Below, one piece after another: positions 1 to 13,245 of a stretch of 64,000 nt of DNA (position 1 is the first letter of the stretch; each line of letters opens with the position of its first letter). This stretch comes from Chiloscyllium plagiosum (taxonomy: Eukaryota). Location: contig NC_057753.1 in the NCBI RefSeq assembly GCF_004010195.1, positions 12,659,631-12,723,630 on the forward strand, read 5' to 3'. Below the pieces are notes generated by a model. It searched no databases, was not told the origin of the DNA, and saw only the letters and a program-made list of their open reading frames with translations. The translations under genes were made by a program, and so were the position numbers.

Positions 1-99
1 AAGTCAATGGAGCAGGAGACGCGAGAAAGTGAGGACATTTGAAATGCTAAAATTGGGGTTATGATATCCGTGATATTTCAAATCTTTGGAAAAGAGTTT

Positions 100-1470
100 A
101 AAGTGTAAAATTCGGAAAGGCAAACTGCAATATGAAAGCAAGCTTGCGGAAAACATAAAAACTGATTGCAAAAGCTTCTGTAGATATGTGAAGACAAACG
201 GACTTGTCAGTACAAATGTATGTCTCTCGTTGTTAATATCAGGTGGTTTCATAATGAACAACAGGAGATCTCAGAGCAGTTGCACAAATACTTCGAGTCT
301 GTCTTCAAGAAGGAGGACGCAAATAACCTTTGAAATTCTCTAGGGCAGAGGGTCAAAAGTAAAGGAAGAAATGAAAGGAATCCGCATTTATCAAGAAATG
401 GGTTGGGGAAAACTGTTGGGATTAAAACACAAAACGTCTCCGGTCGTCTGGTGCTCTGCATCCCAGTGGACTGAGAAAAGTAGCCGCAGACGTAATTTCC
501 AGCATTACGTAGAATCTGAAGAATTCCAAGAGAATTTGGGTAACGAATGTAACCCCTCTATTTTTAGAAATGAAGGAGAGAGAAAATGGGGCATTGGAGG
601 AAAGTTGCTCTTACATCGGAGGAGAGGAAAATGTTGATGTCAATTATAAAGGATGCAATAAATGAGCATTTGTAAAGTGGTGAAAGAATCCGTGCATGTC
701 AGCATGAGAAATCACGCCTGACAAATCTTCTGGAATCTTTCAAGGATATCGGCAATAGAGTGGACAAGGGTGGATCAGTAGATATTGCGTAGCTCGAGTT
801 CAAACGGTTTTTGGCAAAGTTGCACACAGAAGGTTAGTAAGGAAAATTAAAGCTCATGCATTGGAGGGAATACACTGACATGCATAGAGAAATGGTTGGC
901 AGGTAGGAAGCAGATATTTGAAATAAACAGGCACTTTTCACAATGGCCATCAGTGACAAAGTGGGGTGTCAGAGTGTTCAATGCTGTGACCCTAGTTTTT
1001 CACAGTATCCATTCACGATTTGGATGCAAGAGTTTTTTTTCTTTAAATGTGCATATGACATGAAGCTGGGTGACAGTGCCTGTTGTGTCGACGATGTCAA
1101 AGATGCTGCAGAGTGACTTAGACAGACTGGAGGAGTGGGAAAACAATTTGGCAAATGTATAATCATGTGGATAAATGAAAGGTTATCCATTCTAGTCGCA
1201 AGAACAGGAAGGCAGATTATTATCTGCATGGTGGAGGTACAGGAAGAGATAAGGTGTAACAAGACCTTGCAGTCACGGTAGAACCGTCACCGAAGGTTGG
1301 CATGCAGGTGCAGCAGGCCCCGGTAAAAGCAAATGGCATACTGGCCTTCGTTTTGAGACGATTTATGTATCGGAGTAAGAATGTCTTTCTGCAGATATGC
1401 CAGGCCTCGGTGAGGCTCCACCTCGTGTATTGATAAAGTTTTATTCTCCTAGTCTGAAGCAGGACATTTT
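100..1470 (+). mobile_element. Degraded CR1-clade LINE ORF2 (RT region) fragment
   Basis: Frameshifted CR1-like peptides (KLQYESKLAENIKTDCKSFCRYVK; later YDMKLG at the RT catalytic-motif position); many stops; boundaries approximate. Confidence 0.75.
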
Positions 1471-2633
1471 AGACTCGAAACATTAGATTTTTCTCTCTTC
1501 ATGGATGCTGCCTGACACACTGGGATTTCCAGCATGTTTTTTTGCTGTTTTCAATAGATTTCAGTTTCGGCAGTAATTTGCTCCTGCTCTCAATTACATA
1601 AATTATGTCACATCCAACGGCACGTTTTCTCTCACTTTCATTCTCACACGACCAACATCTTCACGAAAAATCTCTCACAGATGAATGTTAATGCGTTAGA
1701 CATTCAAAAATAATAAATCCAACATTGTAAAATGAAGAAATACCATTGTTTTGGAACAGCTGGTGCTTGCGGATTGCAAAGGGTGACAGGTTCTTTCATT
1801 CATACGCAAACCAGTTCACACTTACTCCAACAGAAGTAACATATTAATGATGAGTAACAGTCATGCGTGGCAATTAATTCTGGCTTCATTTACAAAAAAC
1901 AAATGTATTCTTCATTACGTTTTGCTAAATAATCGTAGATGCCATTCTCGTATCATGAATGACGTTGGGACTGTTTCAAAAAAAAAGTATCATTTAATTT
2001 AAGCTAATTCCAGATCAGATCACGGGAGTCACTCCGACCAATACACAGGCGATTGGATTATCGGAATTTCAGACATGATATGTGGTCCAAACAATGAACC
2101 CAATGTAAAACTCTGAGTTTCAGCATTGCACGACCACAAGTTAATCTCGAATTATACACAATCCTGACTTGAAACATTGCGAATGCTCATCAGTTTCACT
2201 GGCATGATAAAAATCTCCCACGTTGCACCCACCATCCCAAACAATAACATTTTGCCCCAACAGCGTATGCCTTTTATGGCTTCAGGAAGGCACACGATCA
2301 CCATCAGCACGACGTGGAAATTAGTGATGAGAAATAAATGATGAGCAAACCAACGATATTCATGTTTTGAAATAAAAGATGAGAAAATCTGGAATGGGTT
2401 TTAAACCACCTTCACATCTGTGAAACAAAAAACCCCTTCCAAAGTGACGGCTGCAGGTCGCCCATTTTGGAACTCTTTCATTGAATAGGAACTAGTACTC
2501 CCTACTCTCGATACTATTACATTCTGAAGACACATGACAGTGAGATAATACATTACAGAAGACTATTGAGGAGAGAGATTAGAACCAATGTCATTAAAAT
2601 TCAAAAATCTCCCAGCAAAGAGCAGATAGGATA

Positions 2634-3311
2634 GTGCAGCTTCTTGGAGTCGGGATTGTGTGGGGAGCATTTCTGACAGAAAATTATGACTGAAGGTATT
2701 ACATTGTTTTTTTTTAATTTCCGATACTGGTTCGAATCTGAATTTGAAATCCACCTGTTCTGATTTTTTTTTCCTTGTAGAAAACGTTTTTCAGATCTGT
2801 GTCATTGAGAATGTATGACTCAGCTGCTGTTCTCAGGTGGTTAGACCTTCTGACAGAAAATTGTGACTGAAGGTATTACATTGTTTTTTTTTTATTTTCC
2901 GATACTGGTTCGAATCTGAATTTGAAATCCACCTGTTCTGATTTTTTTTTTCCTTGTAGAAAACGTTTTTCAGATCTGTGTCATTGAGAATGTATGACTC
3001 AGCTGCTGTTCTCAGGTGGTTAGACCTAACTGACAGAAAATTGTGACTGAAGGTATTACATTGTTTTTTTTTTTATTTTCCGATACTGGTTCGAATCTGA
3101 ATTTGAAATATCCACCTGCTCTGATTTTTTTTCCTTGTAGAAAACGTTTTTCAGATCTGTGTCATTGAGAATGTATGACTCAGCTGCTGTTCTCAGGTGG
3201 TTAGACCTAATGAGAAATTGGGATTTCAACTTGTTCGTATAAACCCACCAGCAATGAATATTATTTATTCTGCTACGCGCAATACTTCGACTCACAACCT
3301 TAGCTCATTGT
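2634..3311 (+). pseudogene. TCR alpha/delta-type V pseudogene (V-a), runs into gap
   Basis: 46-nt leader-like exon 2634-2679 (GTG CAG CTT CTT GGA...GCA TTT CTG ACA G; start codon and GT donor lost), homologous to the leader at 43001-42956. V part reads TQLLFSGG*T**EIGISTCSYKPTSNEYYLFCYAQYFDSQP*LI, with first Cys and a YLF(W)YxQ motif. Confidence 0.7.
2671..3210 (+). repeat. Three tandem ~177-182 bp near-identical units (leader end + intron + FR1 start of V-a)
   Basis: Unit ctgacagaaaatt...ggtggttagacct repeats at about 2671, 2848 and 3028. Confidence 0.95.
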
Positions 3312-3811
3312 NNNNNNNNNNNNNNNNNNNNNNNNNNNNNNNNNNNNNNNNNNNNNNNNNNNNNNNNNNNNNNNNNNNNNNNNNNNNNNNNNNNNNNNNN
3401 NNNNNNNNNNNNNNNNNNNNNNNNNNNNNNNNNNNNNNNNNNNNNNNNNNNNNNNNNNNNNNNNNNNNNNNNNNNNNNNNNNNNNNNNNNNNNNNNNNNN
3501 NNNNNNNNNNNNNNNNNNNNNNNNNNNNNNNNNNNNNNNNNNNNNNNNNNNNNNNNNNNNNNNNNNNNNNNNNNNNNNNNNNNNNNNNNNNNNNNNNNNN
3601 NNNNNNNNNNNNNNNNNNNNNNNNNNNNNNNNNNNNNNNNNNNNNNNNNNNNNNNNNNNNNNNNNNNNNNNNNNNNNNNNNNNNNNNNNNNNNNNNNNNN
3701 NNNNNNNNNNNNNNNNNNNNNNNNNNNNNNNNNNNNNNNNNNNNNNNNNNNNNNNNNNNNNNNNNNNNNNNNNNNNNNNNNNNNNNNNNNNNNNNNNNNN
3801 NNNNNNNNNNN
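3312..3811. other. Assembly gap (500 N)
   Basis: Run of N. Other gaps lie at 5084-5271, 19710-19846, 28794-29293 and 47754-47942. Confidence 1.
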
Positions 3812-4449
3812 CTGTATTCTTCTATGTTCTATGTTCTATGAGCTGCCTATTATCACAAAGTGGGTCCTTTTTTAAAGGAGTTGTGTGTTTTCTCAAGGAT
3901 ACTGTGTCCTTGAGTTTTTTTCAGGGGAGTTGTGAAAAACATCCCAGGCTCCGAAACTGCTGAAGTGGTACAGTGATGAAAAGGTTATTCGGAAGACTTT
4001 TTGTTTGCACTTAAGCAAATGATCCTTTAGGCCGACGGTTTTATGGTTTAGAAGTAACCTGTAATACGAAGGGGTATTGATCAGCCCTGGAAGCTGGATA
4101 TTTTATTGTAGTCAGTTCAGCAGTGCTGTGTGTGAACAAAGGAGTCCTGAGGTCCGTCACAGTTGTGTCTGAAACCACTATCTCTGCTTCGCCGTTCTAA
4201 TTTCGATCTGTAAGCCTCTTTCCTTTTTTATTACTCTGTGTTTAAGGAGTTTGTTCATTGAGACTGTTGCACGTACTTTCGGAACAGCATAATTAAGTCT
4301 AGTTTGGACAAACTGAGTTTTGTGGACAGTCTATATTCTATTCATTGTGTTTCATTCCGTAATGTTGTGATTTGTTTTGTATAGTTTAAAGCCTGGTAGT
4401 CAACCTATCTACTTCCACCGGGTATTTCTCATTGTGGAGAAATACCCAA

Positions 4450-4815
4450 CATGGAGTTTGTGGATGAATGCCATGCCTCTAGGAATTCCCTGGCTGTTCT
4501 CTGCCTGGCTTGCCCAATGATAGTAGTGTTGACAACACTACTATTCATCCACAAACTCCATCAACAAACATATCGACCTGAACCCAATATACCAACCACT
4601 ACAGCGGACAGCTGAAACTGACAACCGGAAGCGGCAGGGACAGACCAATATAAACACCGGAGGAAATATCAAAGAAGCGCTTCGCATGAGGCTCCCAAGC
4701 ACTGATGATGTCGCCTAGCCAGGGGACGAAACGTTTGCAACAAAAACTTCCAGCTCGGCGAACAGAACCGCAACAACGAGCACCCGAACAACAAATCTTC
4801 GCACGAACTTTGAAT
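4450..4815 (+). mobile_element. 5'-truncated Penelope-like element 3' end with inverted 5' piece
   Basis: Near-identical to 46939-47234 and homologous to the GIY-YIG-coding tail at 30673-31222. 4450-4535 is an inverted segment (atggagtttgtggatgaat / attcatccacaaactccat). Confidence 0.85.
4699..4738 (+). ncRNA. Minimal type I hammerhead ribozyme motif (Penelope-associated)
   Basis: GCA-CUGAUGA-U-GUCGCCUAGCCAGGGGAC-GAAA-C-GUU-UGC: stem I GCA/UGC, intact core, stem II GUC..CCU/AGG..GAC, palindromic ACGU minimal stem III, NUH = GUU. Confidence 0.75.
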
Positions 4816-4879
4816 AAAGCTCACTTCTTCTGTTTTCCCAAAAATCCACTATGTAGTCAGGTCTGGATAGTGGGGTGGT

Positions 4880-5790
4880 CATTTATTGTGGAAGTGGAAG
4901 CATTGGAAAGATTTAGAGGAGATTTGTCAGGATCTTGCATGGTGTGGTGGGGACGTCTTATGAGGAATTGCTGAGACTCTTGAAGCTGTTTTCGTTCGAG
5001 AGATGAGCATTAGGAGGTGAGGTATTAGAGGCATACAAGATGATCAGAGGATTTGATAGGATGGACAGTGAGAGCCGTTTTCCNNNNNNNNNNNNNNNNN
5101 NNNNNNNNNNNNNNNNNNNNNNNNNNNNNNNNNNNNNNNNNNNNNNNNNNNNNNNNNNNNNNNNNNNNNNNNNNNNNNNNNNNNNNNNNNNNNNNNNNNN
5201 NNNNNNNNNNNNNNNNNNNNNNNNNNNNNNNNNNNNNNNNNNNNNNNNNNNNNNNNNNNNNNNNNNNNNNNTCAACGCGCTCTGGATATGATAATAATGT
5301 ATTGGAGAGGTGTGGATAAATTCACAAGTATAATAGCTTGGTTGGAGGACTTTAGTTATGGGTGAGGTGTCGGATAAGTTCAGGCTGTTTTCTTTGAAGC
5401 AGAGAAGTTTGGTGGTTGACTTATTAGAAGTGTATGGGATTATGAGGGGTATGAGTAGGGAGGATTGAAAAAAGCTGTTCACCCTCATTGCAAAAACCAT
5501 GAACATAGGAACATTATGTTAAGGTGAAAGGCAGTAGGTTCAGAGGGAACTTGAGGTAAATATTTTTCGTCCAAAGCGTGAAAGAGGTATGGAATACAAA
5601 TCCACGGATGACAGTTGAAGCGGGTAACCTCACAATTTTAAAACGAAAATGTTTGAATGTCGACTTGTACAACATACAAAATATGAAGCTTGTGCCATTA
5701 AGTGAGATTTGTGCATATTTAGCACATTCCTCGGCCGTAGGGATTAGATTGGCTGAAGTGCCTGTTCGAAACTTTGTGACGTTATGAAGC
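4880..5790 (+). mobile_element. CR1-clade LINE 3' fragments (two, split by gap)
   Basis: CR1 C-terminal signatures such as LFSLKQRSLVVDLLEVYGIMRG and MIRGFDRMDSESRF. Confidence 0.7.
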
Positions 5791-6054
5791 ATGATGTTAA
5801 GAAACAATTGAAGATACGAGATTTTGCAAGTCTTTTGGTTCCTGGAATTTTCTGAAGGGAGCAACGATCACTTTGACCTATCAGCTTCATGAGGTACGCT
5901 GTTCCATCGCAGCCACAACACTTGCATCAACATATCAGACAATGTGGTAAAATGTTCTGTCTAATCGTGTACACACACATAATAACTCTATGTAACAAAT
6001 TAACACGACATCTGTCCACATGCCACCAATGAATTGATCCAAAGGTATGGATTA

Positions 6055-6238
6055 GCTGAAAGAGCAGGTTAGCTGGATTGGCCATATTAAATTGTCCATA
6101 GTGTTAGGTGCATCAGTCAGGGATAAATGTGGGGATCGGGGAATAGGTCTGGGTACATTACTCTTCAAAGGGTCCGTATGTACTTGTTGGGACGAAGGGT
6201 CTGTTTCCATACTGTCGGGAATATAATCTAATCTAATA
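6055..6238 (+). mobile_element. 3' half of HE1-type SINE
   Basis: Similar to the SINE at 46353-46630 (ggattggccat..aaattg, gaagggtctgtttccatactgt) and ends in an (AATCT)n tail. Confidence 0.7.
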
Positions 6239-6439
6239 GAGTAGGTTGTTGACAATGTTGTAAAGTATTACCTGCAAGGGAATGCCCTTTTCGAAGATGT
6301 ACTGATTGATTCCACTGGCCCATAACTCCTAACTTCACAATGGCTGACTTCCAAGCCCACACCAAGGAGCTAAAACGGAGTTGTGGTGAGATAGGCTGCT
6401 TAGCCATCAAAGCAGATTTCAACTGAGGTTTGCATAAAG

Positions 6440-7060
6440 ATCCTGAACAAATTAGGTGTCATTAGATTTCAAGGCAGATTCTCTGATCGTTTGAGACAGA
6501 ATTGGCACAAATGTGCATGCTTGTAACTCTTGTACCTTAGGCATCACAGGAACTAGCTGAAGTTGATTCTTAATGTACTGGCTCATGTTCAATTATCTTT
6601 AGCTTCTTCATCATTGACAGTCTAGACCTCACATTATTTGATGTCGAGTGTTCGCTGATGATTGCACAATGTTCAACACCATTCATGATTACTCATCTGC
6701 GGAAAGAATTAGAGTCCAAATTTAGAAGGACGTGGACAATATTCAAAAATGGCCAGGGAAGTGCTCACTGATATTTATGTTGCAGAACTGCAGAAAATGA
6801 TCATTTCCGAAAAGAAAGAATCAAAAGGTAACCTTTGACAATGAAGGTTTTACCACCTCCAAAACCCCCATATCAAATTCTGAAAAATAGTATTGACTGG
6901 ACACAAATAGTCATGAATAATATGGCCAAGGAGTGTGCCTGAAGCTAGAATTTCATTGGCTGGTAGTTAATAAAGTATATCAAATGTATCCGCCCAAAAG
7001 CTAAAAGGCTTCAGTCAGACGTGTGATGGAACAGGATCAATTTGTCTGCACATATTTAGC
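6440..7060 (+). mobile_element. Old LINE RT remnant
   Basis: ttc gct gat gat tgc aca = FADDCT, the RT catalytic motif, near 6652; otherwise decayed. Confidence 0.55.
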
Positions 7061-9272
7061 TTCTAACGGGACTGAGAAGTTCTCTGAGCTCAGGGATTTT
7101 TCCATTTGGTTTAATTTTAGCTGGCAACATAGAGAAGCAGGTATAATGGAAAGAGGATCCATGCTTCAGTCAATGATCTATGACTGATCCCCTCTGCAAG
7201 CTCTCTCTTGTACGAACCTGTGTTTGAATTTACCTTTTTTTCCAAGTGGTGTGTTTGTGGGGTTATTCCAGAAATTGGAACAGCGTCATTAAATTCCAAC
7301 AGAGTCGGTTGGTTTCTCAGATAATTTAAGTCATTGTATACTCTATTCTATTCTGTTCTTGTTTCAAACTGTAGTCTCTCCATAAATTCTGTTTTGTTAA
7401 AAACTGAATGGTTTGACCAGATATGTCGGTCATGGAATGTTCACGTTTATTTGTTAAAACAATGAGAACAATTAGAGTCTGGTCTCCCTTGTTGAAATGT
7501 TTAAAGGGGTCTGGCTTGATCCAGAATACATATTACCTCAAAAAAGCATGAAGAAGATAAGCAGAAATAAAAGAAGCAACAGAAAGAAAAGGGAACGATC
7601 AGGTCACCTCGTCCCTTCCTCCATGAGACGCACAGCCTGGAATTCAAAAACAAAGATTCATCCATTCATCAGCGAACACAGACGAGTGAATCATCGCCGC
7701 ACGATGCAGCAAGAATTTCGCCATCACCACCGTCAAGTACCCTGGCCCAGGCTAAGCTTCGAGACATGCCACTTCAGCTGCCATTGAAACTGCGTCCCTG
7801 TTGTGTCGCATTTTTTTGTCTGCATTATTCTTCTGCTACGTTTCCCCAAGTTCTTTCAAAGTCAGTTGTGTCTCAGTAAGATATCTTTTTGTCCATTCAT
7901 GACAGAAAAGTGCACAGCATTCTGTTGCTAATTATGATGGATCGATTTCTGAGTTAAAGGGTTTGAAGGGAGCAACACATAACTTTGATAAAGTAAGTGT
8001 GTTTCACAGGGTTTTCTCTGTTTTGGACCCTTGGTGATATTTTCTTCAGATATTGAAGGATACACTCCCAATTTTCTGTATTTGGTATCGTGCTTTAGTA
8101 CTTTCAAGTCATGCAGATAGTCAATTATTGTGATTTTAGAGGAACTGTATATGAAACATATGTGGCAGTATTCCACACAACGACTTGAAGTCTTTATTAG
8201 AACCCTCATCATGTGTTCAAAGCTGATGCTTTCGCAAAATCCCGTGACGACCTGGCTTCTTAGCGAGGTTCTTATTCATAAAAGCTGGTTTCATTTCCGT
8301 CTGAATACTCCAAATTAAAATTGCAAACAAACATGCTAATTATCTGCATCTCAACTTTAATGCACATTGTAATGAATATCACCGAATTAATAGTTGCTTG
8401 TTAATAGAGTATACTTTCTTTTATTAACTCCTGTAAACTGTTAAACTGTCGTGCAATTCCCTCGTGGGTCGTTTTCATCCAAATGGCGGTCCATCATAAA
8501 AAAAAACAAAAGCCAGTTTCGATTGGAGCCTTCTGGAGGGAACTTGCGTCAGATCACATGGGCACTTGATCTGATTTTTGGCAGACAAACTACACTGACC
8601 TGAATTTGCATATGGATATTGTGCCAGTTTTTGTGCAACTTATCAAGGCGCTAAACCAGATTTATGCACAAGTACGAATGTCCTGAATCAGGTATATTTG
8701 TACTAAGTGTAACAGTCTAAACCTGAGGGTTTTGTTATAATACCAGAAACGTCGTGACGTATCAGTGAAGACGTGAGTTCATGCATCTCGAATGTAACTA
8801 CTTTGAGGGATTTATCGATAATTTTGTTGCAACCAATTGCGTTACAGGCTTTCAAAATCATTTTGACCTTGGCGAATGATCAAACAAAAAAAAATAATTA
8901 TCCTGAGTGAGAAGATGGTTATGTCCTCCAAGACAATTTATTTTTGTCAGACTGTTCAGTAATTCAGATGTTCACTTTGACCCAAAATCCTAGTAACTGT
9001 CTTTCTTTTATGTGATGGAACGCAATTTGGACACTTCTACAAACTCCGACAATTTCCTTTTGGAGCAAAAACTTAGCCCATGGTAAACAATCGATTCCGT
9101 TGTATCAGAAGCTTCAGTCAAACAGCAGCTGCACTAACCTGTTTTTGCTTCAGTAATTGGTAATTAATGTAAATGATGTAATATCTGATTTTCTCCCTGG
9201 GGACTTACCACCCTCTACAACAATGATCCTTTTTGCTGTGAAGTGCATAATGCACTGGCGCTTTCGTTAGAA

Positions 9273-9342
9273 ATGCACGGAATACCAGAAGGTCAGGTGT
9301 TTGCCATCTACTACCCCATCATTGCAATAATTGGAGTGCCAG
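9273..9342 (+). CDS. GPR139-like orphan GPCR copy A, coding exon 1
   Basis: ATG..MHGIPEGQVFAIYYPIIAIIGVP + G, then a GT donor (ccag|gtgacg). 70 nt, phase 1; joins exon 2 to give the TM1 motif GVPAN. Confidence 0.85.
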
Positions 9343-10758
9343 GTGACGTATAGAACTTCAGCTGTAACTTCATGTGTCATAACTTAACTGCATTAGTTCT
9401 TCATTTTGCCGCTAACAAGTCCCCATGATAGATATTGATACTGCGTTTAACTGGTGACGTTTATCACTTCAATGGTACAAATTATTCTGCGTATTCGATA
9501 AAATTTCTGTATTTTAATGCCATCATTCTCTCCATTCACCTCTTTGCCTGGTCACTTGACGTTATAATTTGTGTCATTGGCTGAGGTTTTTTCCCTCCAT
9601 CTGAATATTTTATTCTCTCTCATTCAAAGTTGTACTCTAGGACTTTATCCACATAGTTTCTTTGAAGGACCAGCTTAATTTATCTCTTCAATGTTTGTGT
9701 GCCTTTATGCGCCAAGTTACACTTCACCACTTGAATACTTTCCCGATTTATCATTATCATCTCAAGATGCAAACATCGTTCTATTTTTTTCATTCACTGT
9801 CTCTATGAGGGATGAATACTATCAGTATCTCGGTTGAATGCAGTTATGCTGTATTATTGGCAACGCTTTTAACCTACAATTACGACAACGTTACTGCAAT
9901 GTAAACGTGTTGGATTTTAGCTTAAAATATGCTTGTTAATGGCGCAGAAATATAAGATATTCTGTTGCATTTATAGCAGAAGTAATGGTTTAGTTGGTTC
10001 TAATTATCCAGGATTTATTCTTTTTTTCCAGGTTTCAGTATCGTCATAAATTGCGAAATTAAGGCCCTTATTCAGGAAGTGGAGGGTTGGGTATTGGATG
10101 TTTCAGAAAATAGGAAACTACCCGCTAGTTAGTTTAACATCTCTCAAACTGTTTACTTTCAAATTCATTGTAAAATTCATTGCAACAGGACTATTGAGAT
10201 AAAAGTAGCCAGGCATTATAAATGTACTTTGTCAAAACAAATCCTCATTAAACTTTATTGGACTTTATAAAAAAATCGTAACATAACGTGTGGAATATTT
10301 GAAAAACGCAGATTTCCAAAATGTATTTGGCAAGGTATCATATCAATGGTTAATGTGAAGATTAATTGACATGGTATAAGAATTGTTGCATTTGCGTAGA
10401 TAGATAAACTTGCTAACAGGAAACCAAGAGTTGGCAAAATGGTTTTTTATTGGTACAATGCAAACTTTGGCATAGCCCATATTTTAGTGCTGATTCTTTG
10501 AACTTTTAGAATGTTTATGAATACCATGGATAACGGTAAGAAGGTATCATTATAAAATATCATACGTCTCAGAAATAGATTTGAACATATGTTTCAAGAG
10601 TATGTAAGCTGGTTCTTAAAAAAAAAGTCAAGTGAGCAGAGAAAACTGATAATCAGACTGTAATGTGAGATAAATGTGAAATTGAGTACTTTGGACGAAA
10701 CAGTGAAAACCAAGCAAAATGTCCAAATGATTAGCATTTGCAGAAGTTATTTTACATG

Positions 10759-13245
10759 TAGAGTCACAGAGTCATAGAGACAAACAGCACGGAGACAGAC
10801 CCTTGATTCCAACTCGTCATGCCCACCATATATCCCAACCGAATCTAGTCCCACCTGCCAACACCTGCCTATATCACTCTAAACATTTCCTATTCATATA
10901 CACATCTAGATGACTTTTAAACATAGCAATTGCACAGGCCTTTACCACTTCCTCTGGCAGCTCAATCCATATCTCTACCACACTCTGCGTGAAAAGGTTG
11001 CCCCTTAGGTCTCTTCTTTATCTTTCCCCTCTCACCCTAAACCTTTGCCGTCTTGTTTGGACTCCCCCACCCCAGAGAACAGTCTTTGTCTATTTATCCT
11101 ATCCATGCTCCTCATGATTTTATAAACCTGTATAAGGTTGCCCCTCAGCCTCCGATAATCCAGGGAAAACAATCCTAGCCTACTCAACTTCTCCCTATGG
11201 CTCAAATCCTCCAACCCTGGCAACATCCTTGTAAATCTTTCTGAACTCTTTCAAGTTTCACAACATCTTTCCGATAAGAAGAACAAAATTGCACGCAATA
11301 TCCCATCAGCAGCCTAACCAATGTAGCGTATAGTCGCAAAAAGACTTCCCAACTCCTACACTCCTGACCAATAAAAGAAAGCATACTAAACGCCTTCTTC
11401 ACTATCCTATCTACCTGCGACTCACTTTCAAGGAGCTATAAACTTGCACTCCAAGGTATATTTTTTCCGCAAACTTCCTAGAACCTTACTATTAAATGTT
11501 GAAGTCCTGATAAGATTTGCTGTCTCAAAAAGGAGACTTCACCTTTACCTAAATATATCTCCATCTGCCACTTCTCAGCCCATTGGCCCATCTGAACAAG
11601 ATACTATTGTAATTTGAAGTAACTGTTTTCGCTGTGCACTGGACCTTCAATTTTGGTGTGATCTGGAATCTTCCTAACTATACCTGTCATTTTCACATTC
11701 AAATCATTTCTCTTAATAATGAAAGGTAGTTGACCCATTACCGATCCTTGTGGAACTCCACTGTCATAGGCCTCCAGTGTTAAAAACAACCCTCCACCAC
11801 CACCGTCTGTCTTCTACCTTTGAGCCAGTACTGTATCCAAATCGGTAGTTCTACGTTGTATTCGATGAGATCTAATCTTGCTAACCAGTCTCCCATGGGG
11901 AACCTTGACAAACGCTTTACCGAAGTCCATATAGGTCACAACTACCGCTCTGTCCTCATCAACCCTCTTGGTTCTTTCTTCAAAAAAAGCTCAATCAAGT
12001 TTATTTGAAATGAGTTTCCACGCACAACGCAATGTTAACCATCGCAGATCAGTCCTTGCCTTTACAAATACATGTCCATTATGGGCATCAGGATTCCCTC
12101 CAGTAACTTGCCCAGCACCGATGTCAAGCTCACTGGTCCATTGTTCCTTGGTTTGTCCTTACCACCTTTACTCAACAGTGGTACCACGTTAGCCAACCTC
12201 CAATCTTCTGGCACCTCATCTGTCACTATTAATGATACAAATATCTCAGTAAGAGGCCGATCAATCACCTCCCTAACTTCCCACCGAGTTCGAGGGTACA
12301 CCTGATAAGGTCCTAGGAAATTTATCCACGTTTATGCGTTAAAGACAGCCAGCATTTCCTTCTTTGCAATATGGTCATTCTTCAAGCCGTCACCATCTAT
12401 TTCACTACATTCTATATCTTCCATGTCTTTTCCTACGGTAAATACCGGTGCAAAAGAGTCGTTTAGTGTCTCCCCATCTCCTGCGGCTCCACACAATTAC
12501 CACCCTCCTGATCTTTGAGGGACACTATTCTCTCCCTCGTTACTCTTTTGTCATTAATGTATCTGTAAAACCCTTTGGATTCTCCGTAACTGTATTTGCA
12601 AAAGTTATCTCAGTCCCCTTTTTGCTCTCCTGATTTCTGTCTTAAGTATACTCCTGCTGCCTTGATCATCTAAGGATTCGCTCGATCTGTCGTGCCTGTC
12701 CATGTCATACGCTTCCTTCTTTTTCTTAACCAACCCTCTACTTATTTAGTCACCCAGCATTCCCTGTATCTCACAGCCCTTCCTTTCACCTTCAGAGCAA
12801 TAGACCTCTTCTGGACTCTCGTTGTCTCATTTTTGAAGGTTTTCCATTTTTCAGCCGTCCCTTTATCAGTGATCATCTGCCCCGAGCTAGCTTTTGAATG
12901 TTCTTGCCTCATACCGTCAAAATTGGCCTTTCTCCAATGTTGAAACACAACTTTTAGATCCGGTCTGTCTTTTTACATCACTAATTTAAAACTAATAGAA
13001 TTATAGTCGCTCGCCCTCAGTCCTCCCCCACTGACACCTCAGTCACCTGCCCTGCCTTATTTCCCAAGAGTAAGTCAAGCTTTGTACCTTCTCTAGTAGG
13101 TATATTCATATACTGAATCAGAAAATTTTCTTGAACACAATTTACATATTCGTCTGAGTCTTAACACTTAACACTCTGGCAGCCCCACTCTTTGTTCAGA
13201 AAGTTACAAATCCCTTCCATAACCAGCCTATTATTCTCACAAATG
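10759..13245 (-). mobile_element. CR1/HER1-type LINE in GPCR intron (antisense), copy A
   Basis: RT peptides EDWRLANVVPLLSKGGKDKPRNNGPVSLTSVLGKLLE and SGVPQGSVMG; C-terminal LFSLDYRRLRGNLIQVYKIMR; 3' tail of ATGACTCT-like repeats. Confidence 0.9.

Noticed and set aside
2671-3210. CRISPR-like array
   Set aside because: Units are ~178 bp with no unique spacers, in a vertebrate context.
3840-4430. Solo LTR-like sequence resembling 7090-7530
   Set aside because: Similarity is patchy and I could not define TG..CA ends or a target duplication.
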